28,456 nucleotides of DNA from a virus (Duplodnaviria; Heunggongvirae; Uroviricota; Caudoviricetes). Below, piece after piece: positions 14,364 through 23,339 of the stretch. Positions within the stretch are counted from its first letter, which is position 1; each line of letters starts with the position of its first letter. Position numbers and translations under genes: made by a program. The stretch is from IMG/VR virus record IMGVR_UViG_3300021255_004328, one strand, 5' to 3'. The notes under the pieces are model-generated. The model made no database searches and was not told the origin of the DNA. It saw only the letters and a program-made list of their open reading frames with translations.

Positions 14364-15449
14364 CTAATCATACCAATGCTGTGAATTGTCTGCAAAGTAA
14401 CGGGCAATTTCACAAAGCTTATTGTACATTTTATCGTAAATCTCTCGCTGAGTAATTTCATCGAAAGTTTTATATCTTTCTGTCAAGTTCTCTTTTTCCA
14501 AGGCTTCATCATAAGTATGTTCTGTGTTGTCCATAAGTTCAATAACAAACTTATGATAGTCACGAAGCATTTTTCTGAAAGTCCAAATTGAACGAACTTT
14601 TGGAATTGCACCGCGTATGTGACACATAAGATCTTTTGAAAACTTTTTGTAGTCAGTAATGTCTATGTCAAAAGTATGCTGTGCAAAAGTGAAATCCTCA
14701 AAGGTCCATTCAGGCAAATGCTTTTTAATTACATTAGGATTTGTAGGATCTGGGATTGGTAAAAATTGATACTTATTAAAGTCATTTATTACTTTCCCAA
14801 ACTTTTTGATTGACTTGACTGTCTTTACAGCTATGTCGTCTGTTTCATACTTAAGAGCATCATTGCCTTTTTCAATCAAGTACCAAAGTTCTCTTTCGCC
14901 TCCAAGATCATAACCATCAAATTCAGCAATATAAACCAAATCAATGTTACGATTCTCTGCGTGCTTATCCCAGCAAAGTGTTACACCTGCAATGTCAAGA
15001 TGTGCGCCGTTTTTAATCGACTTCTTATCATAGACATAATTTGTGCAATCTTGATAAAAGAACTCATCACAGAAGAATTCATTTTTGTTGATTTTGTGAT
15101 GACATATATCTTTTAACGATTGCAAAGTTCTTTTCCAAATAAGCAACTCATCTGCTTTGTTTCCATAAGCAGAAATTGCACCACCGTCAATGTAAGACTT
15201 GCTTTCATCGCAATACCATCGAAGATTGTAAAGCATATGACTGAGTTTGATGTCAAAGTATCTGTACATTGCATCAGGCCCGTCCCAAGTGTTTGCCAAT
15301 CGGAAAGCATTGAAAGTTGTTTCTTTACATTTCTTTCCATACCCATTGACATACTTATATGTTTCGTGGCGCCAACGGTACCAATACTCTGTTTCAAAGA
15401 ATTGCCCTACAACTCTTTTTAATTCTCTTAAAGGATTGTTTCTTATCAT
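14364..15449 (-). CDS. Hypothetical phage protein
   Basis: 361-aa ORF. WD...DIKLSHM and terminal HWYD motifs recall a common uncharacterised phage family. Confidence 0.85.
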   Translation of the reverse strand: MIRNNPLRELKRVVGQFFETEYWYRWRHETYKYVNGYGKKCKETTFNAFRLANTWDGPDAMYRYFDIKLSHMLYNLRWYCDESKSYIDGGAISAYGNKADELLIWKRTLQSLKDICHHKINKNEFFCDEFFYQDCTNYVYDKKSIKNGAHLDIAGVTLCWDKHAENRNIDLVYIAEFDGYDLGGERELWYLIEKGNDALKYETDDIAVKTVKSIKKFGKVINDFNKYQFLPIPDPTNPNVIKKHLPEWTFEDFTFAQHTFDIDITDYKKFSKDLMCHIRGAIPKVRSIWTFRKMLRDYHKFVIELMDNTEHTYDEALEKENLTERYKTFDEITQREIYDKMYNKLCEIARYFADNSQHWYD

Positions 15450-15922
15450 AATTCAATTTTTCCAAGAATCTCAGAAAGCTTTGCTGCTTCCTCTTTTGTC
15501 AAAATCAATCCTGTGTCTTTCGGCATAGGTCCTGCTGTTTCAGTGCCACACAACTTTGAAAGATTGATAAATGTTGTGCCGCAAGTTACACCATCGCCGC
15601 CAACATCTTCACATCTGTCGGGCCAAGCAACACATTTCTGTTTGTTCTTAAAAGTACAAGGATAAGAAACCTGAACCCAATCACTAGGTATAAGTTTATC
15701 ATCCTTAGGATGTTCGATACAGCTCTGAATAAAGTCGATGAAAGCCTGTGACTCAATGTCTTCTTCAACACTTTTCATATCGACTTCATCGCCAACGGGT
15801 GTTGGGTCATTATGTCCTTGCAAGTAAAACAAATATAACAGCTCTTTCATTGATAGAGGATTACTTTTTTGCATTTCATAAAACTTTTCAAAATTGTTTT
15901 TCAACTGTTCACTGTTTGTCAT
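15446..15922 (-). CDS. Hypothetical protein with a Cys-containing C-terminal region
   Basis: AGGAGG RBS; ATGA overlap with the next gene. Confidence 0.8.
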   Translation of the reverse strand: MTNSEQLKNNFEKFYEMQKSNPLSMKELLYLFYLQGHNDPTPVGDEVDMKSVEEDIESQAFIDFIQSCIEHPKDDKLIPSDWVQVSYPCTFKNKQKCVAWPDRCEDVGGDGVTCGTTFINLSKLCGTETAGPMPKDTGLILTKEEAAKLSEILGKIEL

Positions 15923-16079
15923 TGTTCCTCCTAGAGCACATCTTATGAAGCTTCCTTAATTTTATATTAACTTCTTTACCTACAAAAGAGGTAACATCGA
16001 TTTTAATTGGCACATATTTTTGATAACCTTTGACTTTATCTCTTAATTCATAGTAATTAAGTCTACTTGCGGTCATCAT
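15909..16079 (-). CDS. Hypothetical small basic protein (56 aa), start uncertain
   Basis: Fills the gap between 16063 and 15922. Start taken at ATG-ATG 16079. Confidence 0.45.
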   Translation of the reverse strand: MMTASRLNYYELRDKVKGYQKYVPIKIDVTSFVGKEVNIKLRKLHKMCSRRNNDKQ

Positions 16080-16473
16080 ATCCAATAAACTCGTATGTGT
16101 TCTTGTCGTAATCAATCTCAGAGTGCAATGCATATCTGTCAAGAAGCGCCTCCATCTTTTCAACTTTTTCAAGTTTTGCTTCCATCTGATGCATTTTATC
16201 TTTTGTCTTACTCAACTCTGCTCTAAGCAGGTCTTCTTTATCTTTGAATGAACGCTCAACTCTGACGAGTTCTCTTTCAAACTGATAATCAAAATCACGC
16301 TGAGAGTATATCTTTTCAGTGTAATCTGGGTCAGAGTTTACTTTATTATTATTGTAATAATCATCAAAAAGTTGCTCTTCTTCTTCAAGAGACATTTTTG
16401 TTTGTTTATCTTTCCAACGGCGGAATTCCAATTCATCCCAGTCGTCACCAAAGGCATCAGGATTCAATCTCAT
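16063..16473 (-). CDS. Hypothetical coiled-coil protein
   Basis: GAGGAG RBS; charged helical sequence. Confidence 0.75.
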   Translation of the reverse strand: MRLNPDAFGDDWDELEFRRWKDKQTKMSLEEEEQLFDDYYNNNKVNSDPDYTEKIYSQRDFDYQFERELVRVERSFKDKEDLLRAELSKTKDKMHQMEAKLEKVEKMEALLDRYALHSEIDYDKNTYEFIGYDDRK

Positions 16474-16648
16474 TCTCCTCAGTTCCTAGCATTATATATG
16501 CGCCTGTTTTTTCAACTTCATCTTTAATTGCCATCCACTTTTCAAGCAGTGTTCTATGTGGGTGGCACAAAGGTCTACCCCAAGACTTTCCATCATCAAG
16601 AAACTCATTGAGGTATTCAATTTCTTTTTCTGTAAGTGCCAACTGCAT
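16457..16648 (-). CDS. Hypothetical small protein
   Basis: TAATG coupling to the upstream gene. Confidence 0.7.
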   Translation of the reverse strand: MQLALTEKEIEYLNEFLDDGKSWGRPLCHPHRTLLEKWMAIKDEVEKTGAYIMLGTEENEIES

Positions 16649-17034
16649 TATTTGTTTCCTACTGTGTAATCAATATAATCTTTGATGTATTCAAAGTTTT
16701 CCAAAAACTTTCCGATGTCTTTCCACATTCTAACATCAGCTGTTGTAATGCGATCTGGGATTACAGCAAGTGCAGGCTTTCCTTTTTCTAAAGAAACCTC
16801 AACACCCCAAGTTGTGTAACCATTTTTATATTCAAATGTGAATGTTGCAAAGTCACGAGGCTGTCCGTCTACAGTAAGCAGCGAAAGGCGAATTCCCCAG
16901 TGGTCATTCTTAAGAAGTCTTTCAAGTTCTTTTGCAACAACTCTTGCTGCACTCAACCAAAATTTTACTGTATTTCCTGCAACAACCACATCATCGTGGG
17001 CTCCTGCAATTATTGAAGCTGAAGTATAAACCAT
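16648..17034 (-). CDS. Hypothetical protein
   Basis: Start moved to ATG 17034 (MVYTSAS) with AAGGAGG RBS. Confidence 0.75.
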   Translation of the reverse strand: MVYTSASIIAGAHDDVVVAGNTVKFWLSAARVVAKELERLLKNDHWGIRLSLLTVDGQPRDFATFTFEYKNGYTTWGVEVSLEKGKPALAVIPDRITTADVRMWKDIGKFLENFEYIKDYIDYTVGNK

Positions 17035-17044
17035 AAGGTCCTCC

Positions 17045-17248
17045 TTATATTTTATTTTTATAATCAAGATGAATTTCTAAGCCTGAAGCTTTATCTTTGA
17101 AACAAACATCTTCTTCTTCAAGACAACAAAAACTGCCATCTTCATCATCAAAAATCGGATTGCCTGTATGTGTAAAACTGATATTATATTTTTCACAAAG
17201 TTCGAGCAATTCTTTATTGAAGGCTATTCTTCTTTCTTCAAAACCCAT
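17045..17248 (-). CDS. Hypothetical small protein (probable early gene)
   Basis: AAGGAGG RBS; class I promoter directly upstream. Confidence 0.8.
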   Translation of the reverse strand: MGFEERRIAFNKELLELCEKYNISFTHTGNPIFDDEDGSFCCLEEEDVCFKDKASGLEIHLDYKNKI

Positions 17249-17277
17249 AAAAACGTCCTCCTTTATCTTACAAATAT

Positions 17278-17306
17278 AATATAAAGAAGGACAGTCAAAA
17301 GTTTAA
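17278..17306 (-). promoter_or_regulatory. Class I (early-type) promoter TTAAAC-N17-TATATT
   Basis: TTAAAC at 17306-17301, 17-nt spacer, TATATT at 17283-17278, then ATATTTGTAA. Confidence 0.75.
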
Positions 17307-17325
17307 TTTTTTGAAAAAAAAATTT

Positions 17326-17634
17326 TTAGAGCGGCATATTTGCTAAAGCCTGACGGTCAGAGAAAATCTGTCGATTTCCGTTGCCGTCATCAGCATTATT
17401 ACAACATTGCAGCTTTTGCATTATGTCAAAAAATACATAATCTCTTTGCTGCAAAGTTTCATATGAAAACTCATCGCCATCAATAATGATTTTGAAGTTG
17501 CCTCTTACTTCCTGCCAATCATCATCACCGCTTTTATGAAAAGGAGACATCACTTCGGCTTTTTCAAACTTTTTACATTTGTATAAGTCGATAACGCAAT
17601 TCTTAAGCTGGTAAAGAAGCATTGGCTGGTACAT
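17326..17634 (-). CDS. Hypothetical protein
   Basis: 102-aa ORF starting 1 nt after the AAA ATPase stop. Confidence 0.7.
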   Translation of the reverse strand: MYQPMLLYQLKNCVIDLYKCKKFEKAEVMSPFHKSGDDDWQEVRGNFKIIIDGDEFSYETLQQRDYVFFDIMQKLQCCNNADDGNGNRQIFSDRQALANMPL

Positions 17635-17635
17635 T

Positions 17636-18865
17636 TTACACTCTCTCCTCCGCAGGGATAGGATATGCTGCGCCTCTTACTGGAGTTAAAACAGGCTCTT
17701 TTGCTGATGATAAGGCTACTTTATTAGGAATGTAGTCCTCATAGCCGCAAACTCTTCCACGAGAACTTATGGCCTCTGTGTCGTAAAGTTCAACTTTCAA
17801 AATCTTTGGCTGATAATAATCTCCGCCATAATCTGACCAATTGATTGTTGCATAAGGAGAAACATCAACCGCGCCATACACTGGGATTCTGACATTTCTC
17901 ATATCAACCTTTATATAGCCTTCAAAAGGCATTTTGGCTTTGTCTTCTTCCTCAGTAGAGTCGATTTCAAAACCAACGTTTGTGCGACCTGTAAACCAAG
18001 TACCTGCATTTTCAACGTCAATACACTGCTTGCCATTTTTGTCGATATAGGTAACTCTTGCTTCAAGATTGATGCGTTCAACCTGAATGTTCATATATTC
18101 CATTGCTTCAGGAACAGTAACATCAAAGCTGTTTACTTCATCAACAAGAGCTTGAATAATGTCCAAAGAAACATATCTTGTTGCAAGAAGCTCGGACACA
18201 ATCTCGTCTTCAAGGTCTCTCTTCTTTAAGTTGTCAGCACAATAATTGCGAATTGTTTCTTCTGTGCAGCTTTCATATCTGTAATGATATGCGATACGGC
18301 CTGGGCGAGATTTCAAGTTATCGTTCAAGCGGCTTGTTTCATTACAAGTCAAAAGATAAAGGTTATGAGTACCTGCAGCAGTACCGTCAAGGAGAGAAAG
18401 CATTTCATCTTGCTTTGATGGCGCGTCTGTGTTTCTGTCAGAGCCATCAACATTACCCTGAATTGTTTTCTCAAACTCGTCAAATAAGATAACAGCATTT
18501 GAAATCTGTTTTAAGAAATCAAACATCCCAGGGATGTATTGATTAACAATAATTACAGGGTGCTTCTTGTGAAGCTGTTCGATTACCAATCTTGCTGTAA
18601 GAGACTTACCAAGACCTTTACCGCCGCTCAAAAGAACACCGAGGTTTCTATCTCTTTTAAGATAACTCTCTACAATATGATTTGCAATCTTTGTGGCATT
18701 ACCATAAATCTTTCCGTGCGATGTTTTGTAATCGGTATTTACCAAATAAAGGCCACGCATTTTATCAAAAGTAAATTGATAAAATCTGATAGGCAGTTCT
18801 TTCTCAATGTCGATTGCTTCGCCATCAACCATTACTACTGAAGTTTTGTCAACTAAGTATTCCAT
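17636..18865 (-). CDS. AAA+ ATPase
   Basis: Walker A GVLLSGGKGLGKS, Walker B VILFDEFEK, sensor LLTCN and arginine finger RPGRI. Confidence 0.92.
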   Translation of the reverse strand: MEYLVDKTSVVMVDGEAIDIEKELPIRFYQFTFDKMRGLYLVNTDYKTSHGKIYGNATKIANHIVESYLKRDRNLGVLLSGGKGLGKSLTARLVIEQLHKKHPVIIVNQYIPGMFDFLKQISNAVILFDEFEKTIQGNVDGSDRNTDAPSKQDEMLSLLDGTAAGTHNLYLLTCNETSRLNDNLKSRPGRIAYHYRYESCTEETIRNYCADNLKKRDLEDEIVSELLATRYVSLDIIQALVDEVNSFDVTVPEAMEYMNIQVERINLEARVTYIDKNGKQCIDVENAGTWFTGRTNVGFEIDSTEEEDKAKMPFEGYIKVDMRNVRIPVYGAVDVSPYATINWSDYGGDYYQPKILKVELYDTEAISSRGRVCGYEDYIPNKVALSSAKEPVLTPVRGAAYPIPAEERV

Positions 18866-18866
18866 T

Positions 18867-19865
18867 TTAATTTCCTAAAAGCTTCTCTACAGCTTCTTTT
18901 TCTTTTCTTGTAGCTTCTTTTGAGCACAACTCATCTAAGTGTTCCCAAAGATCCAAACTCTGATTGCCTTCTGCAGCTTTGCTTGCATCGCATTGTGCAA
19001 TCAAGTACAGTCTGTTCATTTCGGATTTTGTCAGATTGTATTTGTCCCTTAGTACTTTTTTCTTTTCGCCAATGCGTCCTCTTTCACGCATAAGCTCTTT
19101 TTCCTGCTCTTTTGCTTTTCGATTGGCATCCTCAAGTGTTAAGAACTCTGGCGGATTTTCTGTATCAAGAATAAAACATTTTGAATGACTTTCAGTGTCA
19201 CACATAACAACCTGTAAGTCTTTATTCTTTATACAAAGAACTTCACCGCCTCTTGTTTCTGTATGTCCAATTACTTGCTTTTCAAAAAGATAGTCTTTGA
19301 ATAAAGCAGTTGGGCGTACCCATAATGGACCTTGAAATCTTGAGTCACCATACCCAGTGATGTCCCAATCTGAAAATCTAAAGCAGTATACATTTCTTGT
19401 CTTTAGCATTTGATTTGCAAACTCAATTGGCTTATCAGCAAGTTCAAAGTTTGCAATTCTTTCTTTGAAGCGTTTCATTGTTTCTTCAACCCAAGTCTTT
19501 GTAAAACCTGCGTGAGAGAAAACCCAGCCGTCATATTCAACGGCAATCTTAAACATATCAGAGTTCTCTTCAAAGAACTGATGATACGCTTCATAGCAGC
19601 CCATCTGAAAGCCTGAACAATGACCGCATCCAAACCAATAATTCTCAAACTCGTGATTACCTACAAGAAGGTCGATGCGTGGGTCTGCCTTTGCGGCTTC
19701 AATTATCTCCTTTACGTTTGCAAGAGCAGGGAGTCCTTTTTCATCCTCATTAAAAGAGTCTACATAATCTCCCAAGAAGACAATTTTGTCGCAATCTTTG
19801 AGCTTTTCAAGATTCTTTTTCCAGTGCTTACTTCCGTGCACATCTGGAATCACACCTATTTTCAT
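18867..19865 (-). CDS. Calcineurin-like metallophosphoesterase with a C-terminal helical extension; probably leaderless
   Basis: DVHG, GDYVD, GNHE, SHAG and GHT motifs. GTTAATAT-N6-ATG upstream. Confidence 0.92.
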   Translation of the reverse strand: MKIGVIPDVHGSKHWKKNLEKLKDCDKIVFLGDYVDSFNEDEKGLPALANVKEIIEAAKADPRIDLLVGNHEFENYWFGCGHCSGFQMGCYEAYHQFFEENSDMFKIAVEYDGWVFSHAGFTKTWVEETMKRFKERIANFELADKPIEFANQMLKTRNVYCFRFSDWDITGYGDSRFQGPLWVRPTALFKDYLFEKQVIGHTETRGGEVLCIKNKDLQVVMCDTESHSKCFILDTENPPEFLTLEDANRKAKEQEKELMRERGRIGEKKKVLRDKYNLTKSEMNRLYLIAQCDASKAAEGNQSLDLWEHLDELCSKEATRKEKEAVEKLLGN

Positions 19866-19871
19866 AAAATT

Positions 19872-19879
19872 ATATTAAC
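19872..19879 (-). promoter_or_regulatory. GTTAATAT promoter motif (class II), leaderless geometry
   Basis: GTTAATAT-AATTTT-ATG(19865), no SD. Confidence 0.7.
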
Positions 19880-20090
19880 CTCTATACTTAAATCTTCCTC
19901 GAATTTTATCGTGATATTCATCTCTTTTCTTGATATGATGTTTGTGACACCAAATAAGAAGAACAATAAGTACGATAACATCAATAATAACCCAGATGAT
20001 TAGGCTATCGCCTATCAAATAACTTGAGATTGTAAAAACGCCACAAATCATTCCAAGAATAAAACCAATCAAGCCTCTAAGCATATTCAC
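19875..20090 (-). CDS. Small membrane protein with two TM helices and a basic C-tail
   Basis: LIGFILGMICGVFTISSYLI and LIIWVIIDVIVLIVLLIW; AAGGAG RBS. Confidence 0.8.
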   Translation of the reverse strand: MNMLRGLIGFILGMICGVFTISSYLIGDSLIIWVIIDVIVLIVLLIWCHKHHIKKRDEYHDKIRGRFKYRG

Positions 20091-20093
20091 TCC

Positions 20094-20693
20094 TTACTCA
20101 AAATGCATACCACACTTCTTGCACTTTTTTACAGTTAAAAAGTCTTCAAAACCACAAGTCGGACAGGCCACTTTAGGAGCAGCCTTTAACACTGTTACAC
20201 TTGATGCTGCATATTGCATATTTTTACCACCTGCAGTCTTTGAAAGATAACCTGTAATTCTTTTTGGGTGAGGTGTTAACTTTTCACCCTCAGATTCTGT
20301 ATCAAGTGTTTCTGCGATGTCCATTTTATCGAAAAACTCAGGACATACAGAAGTTATCTTTTCCAATACTTCTTGATTTACAAACACCTTATAATTGTGT
20401 TCAAGAATATAAGTATGAAGATTTGGAATATCTTCTGTTTCAAAATAATCTGAAGCGTTACGATATACATCACGGAAGTCAATAAGAAGATAATCTTTTC
20501 CTGCGTCAATCTTCGCAAATGTAAGATTGATACCTTCAACGGATTTTACTTTTCCACCACGAGGATCATCATATCTAATTATAAACTTTGCAAGTCTATC
20601 TCCAATACCTTCAGGAGTAAGATGCCCAGGAGATACATCATAGCCTTCTACAGTATGAATAAGCCTTGTGATTTTATCAAAAATTTTATTCAT
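20094..20693 (-). CDS. PxFF(D/E)G-family protein with a C-terminal zinc ribbon
   Basis: VFVNQEVLEKITSVCPEFFDKM and CPTCG...CKKCG. Confidence 0.85.
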   Translation of the reverse strand: MNKIFDKITRLIHTVEGYDVSPGHLTPEGIGDRLAKFIIRYDDPRGGKVKSVEGINLTFAKIDAGKDYLLIDFRDVYRNASDYFETEDIPNLHTYILEHNYKVFVNQEVLEKITSVCPEFFDKMDIAETLDTESEGEKLTPHPKRITGYLSKTAGGKNMQYAASSVTVLKAAPKVACPTCGFEDFLTVKKCKKCGMHFE

Positions 20694-21135
20694 CTAAACT
20701 ATAAAACTCCAATCCCGAAAAGAACAATGGGTAGCAATCACAAATGTCACTAATCGGTGTGTCATCATCAACCCAAACCTTCGCTTTATCTTTAAGCAAA
20801 TACTTTCTTAGTAGTCTTAAATCATTCAAGCCTTTGATACACATATCTGCTGATAGAAACATCCAAATGCTGCTTGTATCCCAATGGAACAATGTTGAAG
20901 ATGGATGCTCAGTATCAATGCTTGCTTGAAGTCCTCTCATATCAAAAATCTTTTCATCAGGAGTTACACGAAGATGCAGTTCATAAATGTTTTCAATATG
21001 ATTGTCTTTTGTAAATGTGTTTATCTCCCAGTCATCTTCGTCTTCAAGAGTTGATGGTGGTAAACGCTCTTCCTGCTTCTTGAGCACTCGCTGTTTATTT
21101 CTTTCCTTCCATCTTTCTTCTCTTGCTTTGTTCAT
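20686..21135 (-). CDS. Hypothetical protein, PxFF(D/E)G family
   Basis: Ends VWVDDDTPISDICDCYPLFFSGLEFYSLDE; overlaps both neighbours. Confidence 0.8.
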   Translation of the reverse strand: MNKAREERWKERNKQRVLKKQEERLPPSTLEDEDDWEINTFTKDNHIENIYELHLRVTPDEKIFDMRGLQASIDTEHPSSTLFHWDTSSIWMFLSADMCIKGLNDLRLLRKYLLKDKAKVWVDDDTPISDICDCYPLFFSGLEFYSLDE

Positions 21136-21374
21136 AAGTCCTTTATCTCCAAATTGATGCCCTCGAAGTATGTAGGAGACATATCTATAAGTCTTTCAAC
21201 AACGATAGGCGATGCAATAACCTTAAGTGCATCTTTAATCTTCAGATGGCAATAAACTTCGTAGCCCTGTGTGTACAAAACATCCCAGCATCTATCTAAA
21301 TCGAGTACGCCGCCATCTGTAGCATCATCAAACTTATTATCAATTACATATTTTAATGCTTCGTTATCATTCAA
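21132..21374 (-). CDS. Hypothetical protein, PxFF(D/E)G family (smallest member, 80 aa)
   Basis: Ends VIASPIVVERLIDMSPTYFEGINLEIKDL. Confidence 0.8.
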   Translation of the reverse strand: MNDNEALKYVIDNKFDDATDGGVLDLDRCWDVLYTQGYEVYCHLKIKDALKVIASPIVVERLIDMSPTYFEGINLEIKDL

Positions 21375-21723
21375 ATGACTTCACCTCGAACTGTTCAACG
21401 CCGTCAAAGTATGCTGGGTCCATTCCCATAAAAAACTTTATAACGTATTCATCTCCTATGATGCCTTTTTCATTGCTGCAAATAATGTTGTGAAATGCGT
21501 GCATCACAGGCGCGGGCCATTCTGAAATATGAATTAAGTCAACACTTTTTAGTTCTCTTAAATCATAATCAAGGCCTTTAGTAATCCTGTCCATAATATC
21601 GTTAAACTGGTCAGCTCTTTTAACAAGGTCACCACAAGGATTTTCATAATCGGTGTTTTCTTCCATATTGTAAATCTGTCTCAATCTTTCAATTAAAAAA
21701 GATGGTGGGCTGTTTTCTTCCAT
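21367..21723 (-). CDS. Hypothetical protein, PxFF(D/E)G family
   Basis: Ends IIGDEYVIKFFMGMDPAYFDGVEQFEVKSFE. Confidence 0.8.
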   Translation of the reverse strand: MEENSPPSFLIERLRQIYNMEENTDYENPCGDLVKRADQFNDIMDRITKGLDYDLRELKSVDLIHISEWPAPVMHAFHNIICSNEKGIIGDEYVIKFFMGMDPAYFDGVEQFEVKSFE

Positions 21724-21737
21724 AACTTAACACCTCA

Positions 21738-22226
21738 TTAAAAGACTTTCATTGTTGACTCAATTACATCACTTTCACCAATTAAAGTCAACCCATCAAA
21801 AAAGTCGGGGATTATATCAATAAAAAGCTTAAGTGTTGTTTCATCAACCAAAATTTTTGGTTTTTCCTTTTTGAACTTTTCATCCATCTCAACTGCAATT
21901 GAAGGGATTTCAACAATTGATTTTCTGTCAGACGGAGAAATCATCATCAAGTTGAAATACCTAAAAGGGTATTCACACACAATATAATCAAGAATACTTT
22001 TTGCCCGCATCACCTGATAATCTTTTGCAATCTTCTGAGCAGACTTCATTGCAAACTCTGCATCTGTTCTACAATAAGCATCAAACAAAGCCTGCATAGC
22101 GTCTGCGTGTTTGTTACTAAACTCATTCTCAGTACGAGCTGCCACTTCTTTCCACGCCTGTCGTATGCGGTTAGCGCGTTTAGCAATCAATTTTTCTCTA
22201 AGTTCAGTTGCTCGTTTCTCAGTCAT
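21738..22226 (-). CDS. Hypothetical protein, PxFF(D/E)G family
   Basis: Start moved to ATG 22226 (8-nt overlap with the ligase stop). Contains ILVDETTLKLFIDIIPDFFDGL. Confidence 0.8.
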   Translation of the reverse strand: MTEKRATELREKLIAKRANRIRQAWKEVAARTENEFSNKHADAMQALFDAYCRTDAEFAMKSAQKIAKDYQVMRAKSILDYIVCEYPFRYFNLMMISPSDRKSIVEIPSIAVEMDEKFKKEKPKILVDETTLKLFIDIIPDFFDGLTLIGESDVIESTMKVF

Positions 22227-23289
22227 CTGCAAGCCCTTCAATATGTGGGATGATCTCACCGCGTTTTACAATCTTTACTTTTGAGCCAATCTCAATTCCA
22301 CGAGCAGCAAGCCATTTTGTATTTGAACAAGAAGCTCTTTTTACTGTTGTTCCGTTCAACTCAACTGGCTCAATAAGAGCAACTGGGCTGAAATACTTTC
22401 CTGACTGAGACCAATCAAAACCAATAACTGTTGCAACTGCAACATCAAGTTCAAACTTGATTGCACAACTGTTCTTTGGTGTTCTGTTCTTAAGGTCTTC
22501 GTAATCAATTACTGCAGGCTTTACAACTACGCCATCAATATCATATTCAATGTTTTCACGGTTTTCATACTGTGAAGTTCTAAACTCAAATGCTTCCTCA
22601 ACAGAAGAAACTTTCTTGAAAGCAGGGATTTCAAAACCGTTGCAAACAAGATACTTAAGTTTGTCTTCTTCAGTTGTAATGAATTTCTTTTCAGCAGTTT
22701 CCTGCATATCGTAGGCAACAAAGTTGAGGTTGTCAAGTTCTGAACCGTCAAGATGTTTCATAATTCCTGCTGCGGCATTGCGGCAGTTCTTCATCTTGTC
22801 TTTGTAGTTTTTATTGAACATTGAGTGAGACATCAAGATTTCGCCACGAATTGAACCTGTAAGAGGCGGGTTTACACAATCAAGCTGAACACCTTTTACA
22901 AGCTTTGCATTTTCTGTAATGTCATCGCCTTCAAAACCTGTTCCACGAGTTACTGCCTGAACAAGTTTTCCGTTGCGGTATTTAAGTTCAATTCCTGCAC
23001 CGTCCATCTTCTGTTCCATCATATAAATGCCTGGGTGCTTTTTGAACCAATCTTTGAACTCTTCTTCGTTCTTACATTTTGCAAGAGTACCTGTAACCAA
23101 GTCGTGTTTTGCTTTTGGGAAGCCTTCAACGTGGTCATCATAGGTTACTGTATCAACATAAGTTGGGTCAAGAGTTTTAAGTTCATTGACAAGCTGGTCG
23201 AACTCCTTATCTGACATAATAGGATTTGCTTCGCCGTAAGCCTTTGAAGCTTCTTCGATCTTTGCTTTAAGTTCGTCAATTCTTGCCAT
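22219..23289 (-). CDS. ligA: NAD-dependent DNA ligase, short form (Ia + adenylation + OB domains only)
   Basis: Domain Ia PIMSDKEFDQL, motif I EQKMDG, TRGTGFEGDDIT, IRGE, YDIDGVVVK, AIKF and OB KRGEIIPHI. Stops 6 residues after the OB motif, with no Zn finger, HhH or BRCT. Confidence 0.92.
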   Translation of the reverse strand: MARIDELKAKIEEASKAYGEANPIMSDKEFDQLVNELKTLDPTYVDTVTYDDHVEGFPKAKHDLVTGTLAKCKNEEEFKDWFKKHPGIYMMEQKMDGAGIELKYRNGKLVQAVTRGTGFEGDDITENAKLVKGVQLDCVNPPLTGSIRGEILMSHSMFNKNYKDKMKNCRNAAAGIMKHLDGSELDNLNFVAYDMQETAEKKFITTEEDKLKYLVCNGFEIPAFKKVSSVEEAFEFRTSQYENRENIEYDIDGVVVKPAVIDYEDLKNRTPKNSCAIKFELDVAVATVIGFDWSQSGKYFSPVALIEPVELNGTTVKRASCSNTKWLAARGIEIGSKVKIVKRGEIIPHIEGLADD

Positions 23290-23310
23290 ATTTTAACTCC
23301 TTACAATAAT

Positions 23311-23339
23311 AATATAAAGAAAAGAAGCCGTAAGTTTAA
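23311..23339 (-). promoter_or_regulatory. Class I (early-type) promoter TTAAAC-N17-TATATT
   Basis: TTAAAC at 23339-23334, 17-nt spacer, TATATT at 23316-23311, then ATTATTGTAAGGAG. Confidence 0.75.

Noticed and set aside
15964-15971. Additional GTTAATAT copy
   Set aside because: It falls inside a plausible small ORF (codons V-N-I), so it may be chance. Not listed as a promoter.
17305-17323. A/T-only inverted repeat (AATTTTTT...AAAAAATT)
   Set aside because: Low complexity with no GC stem. More simply an UP-element-like tract upstream of the class I promoter.
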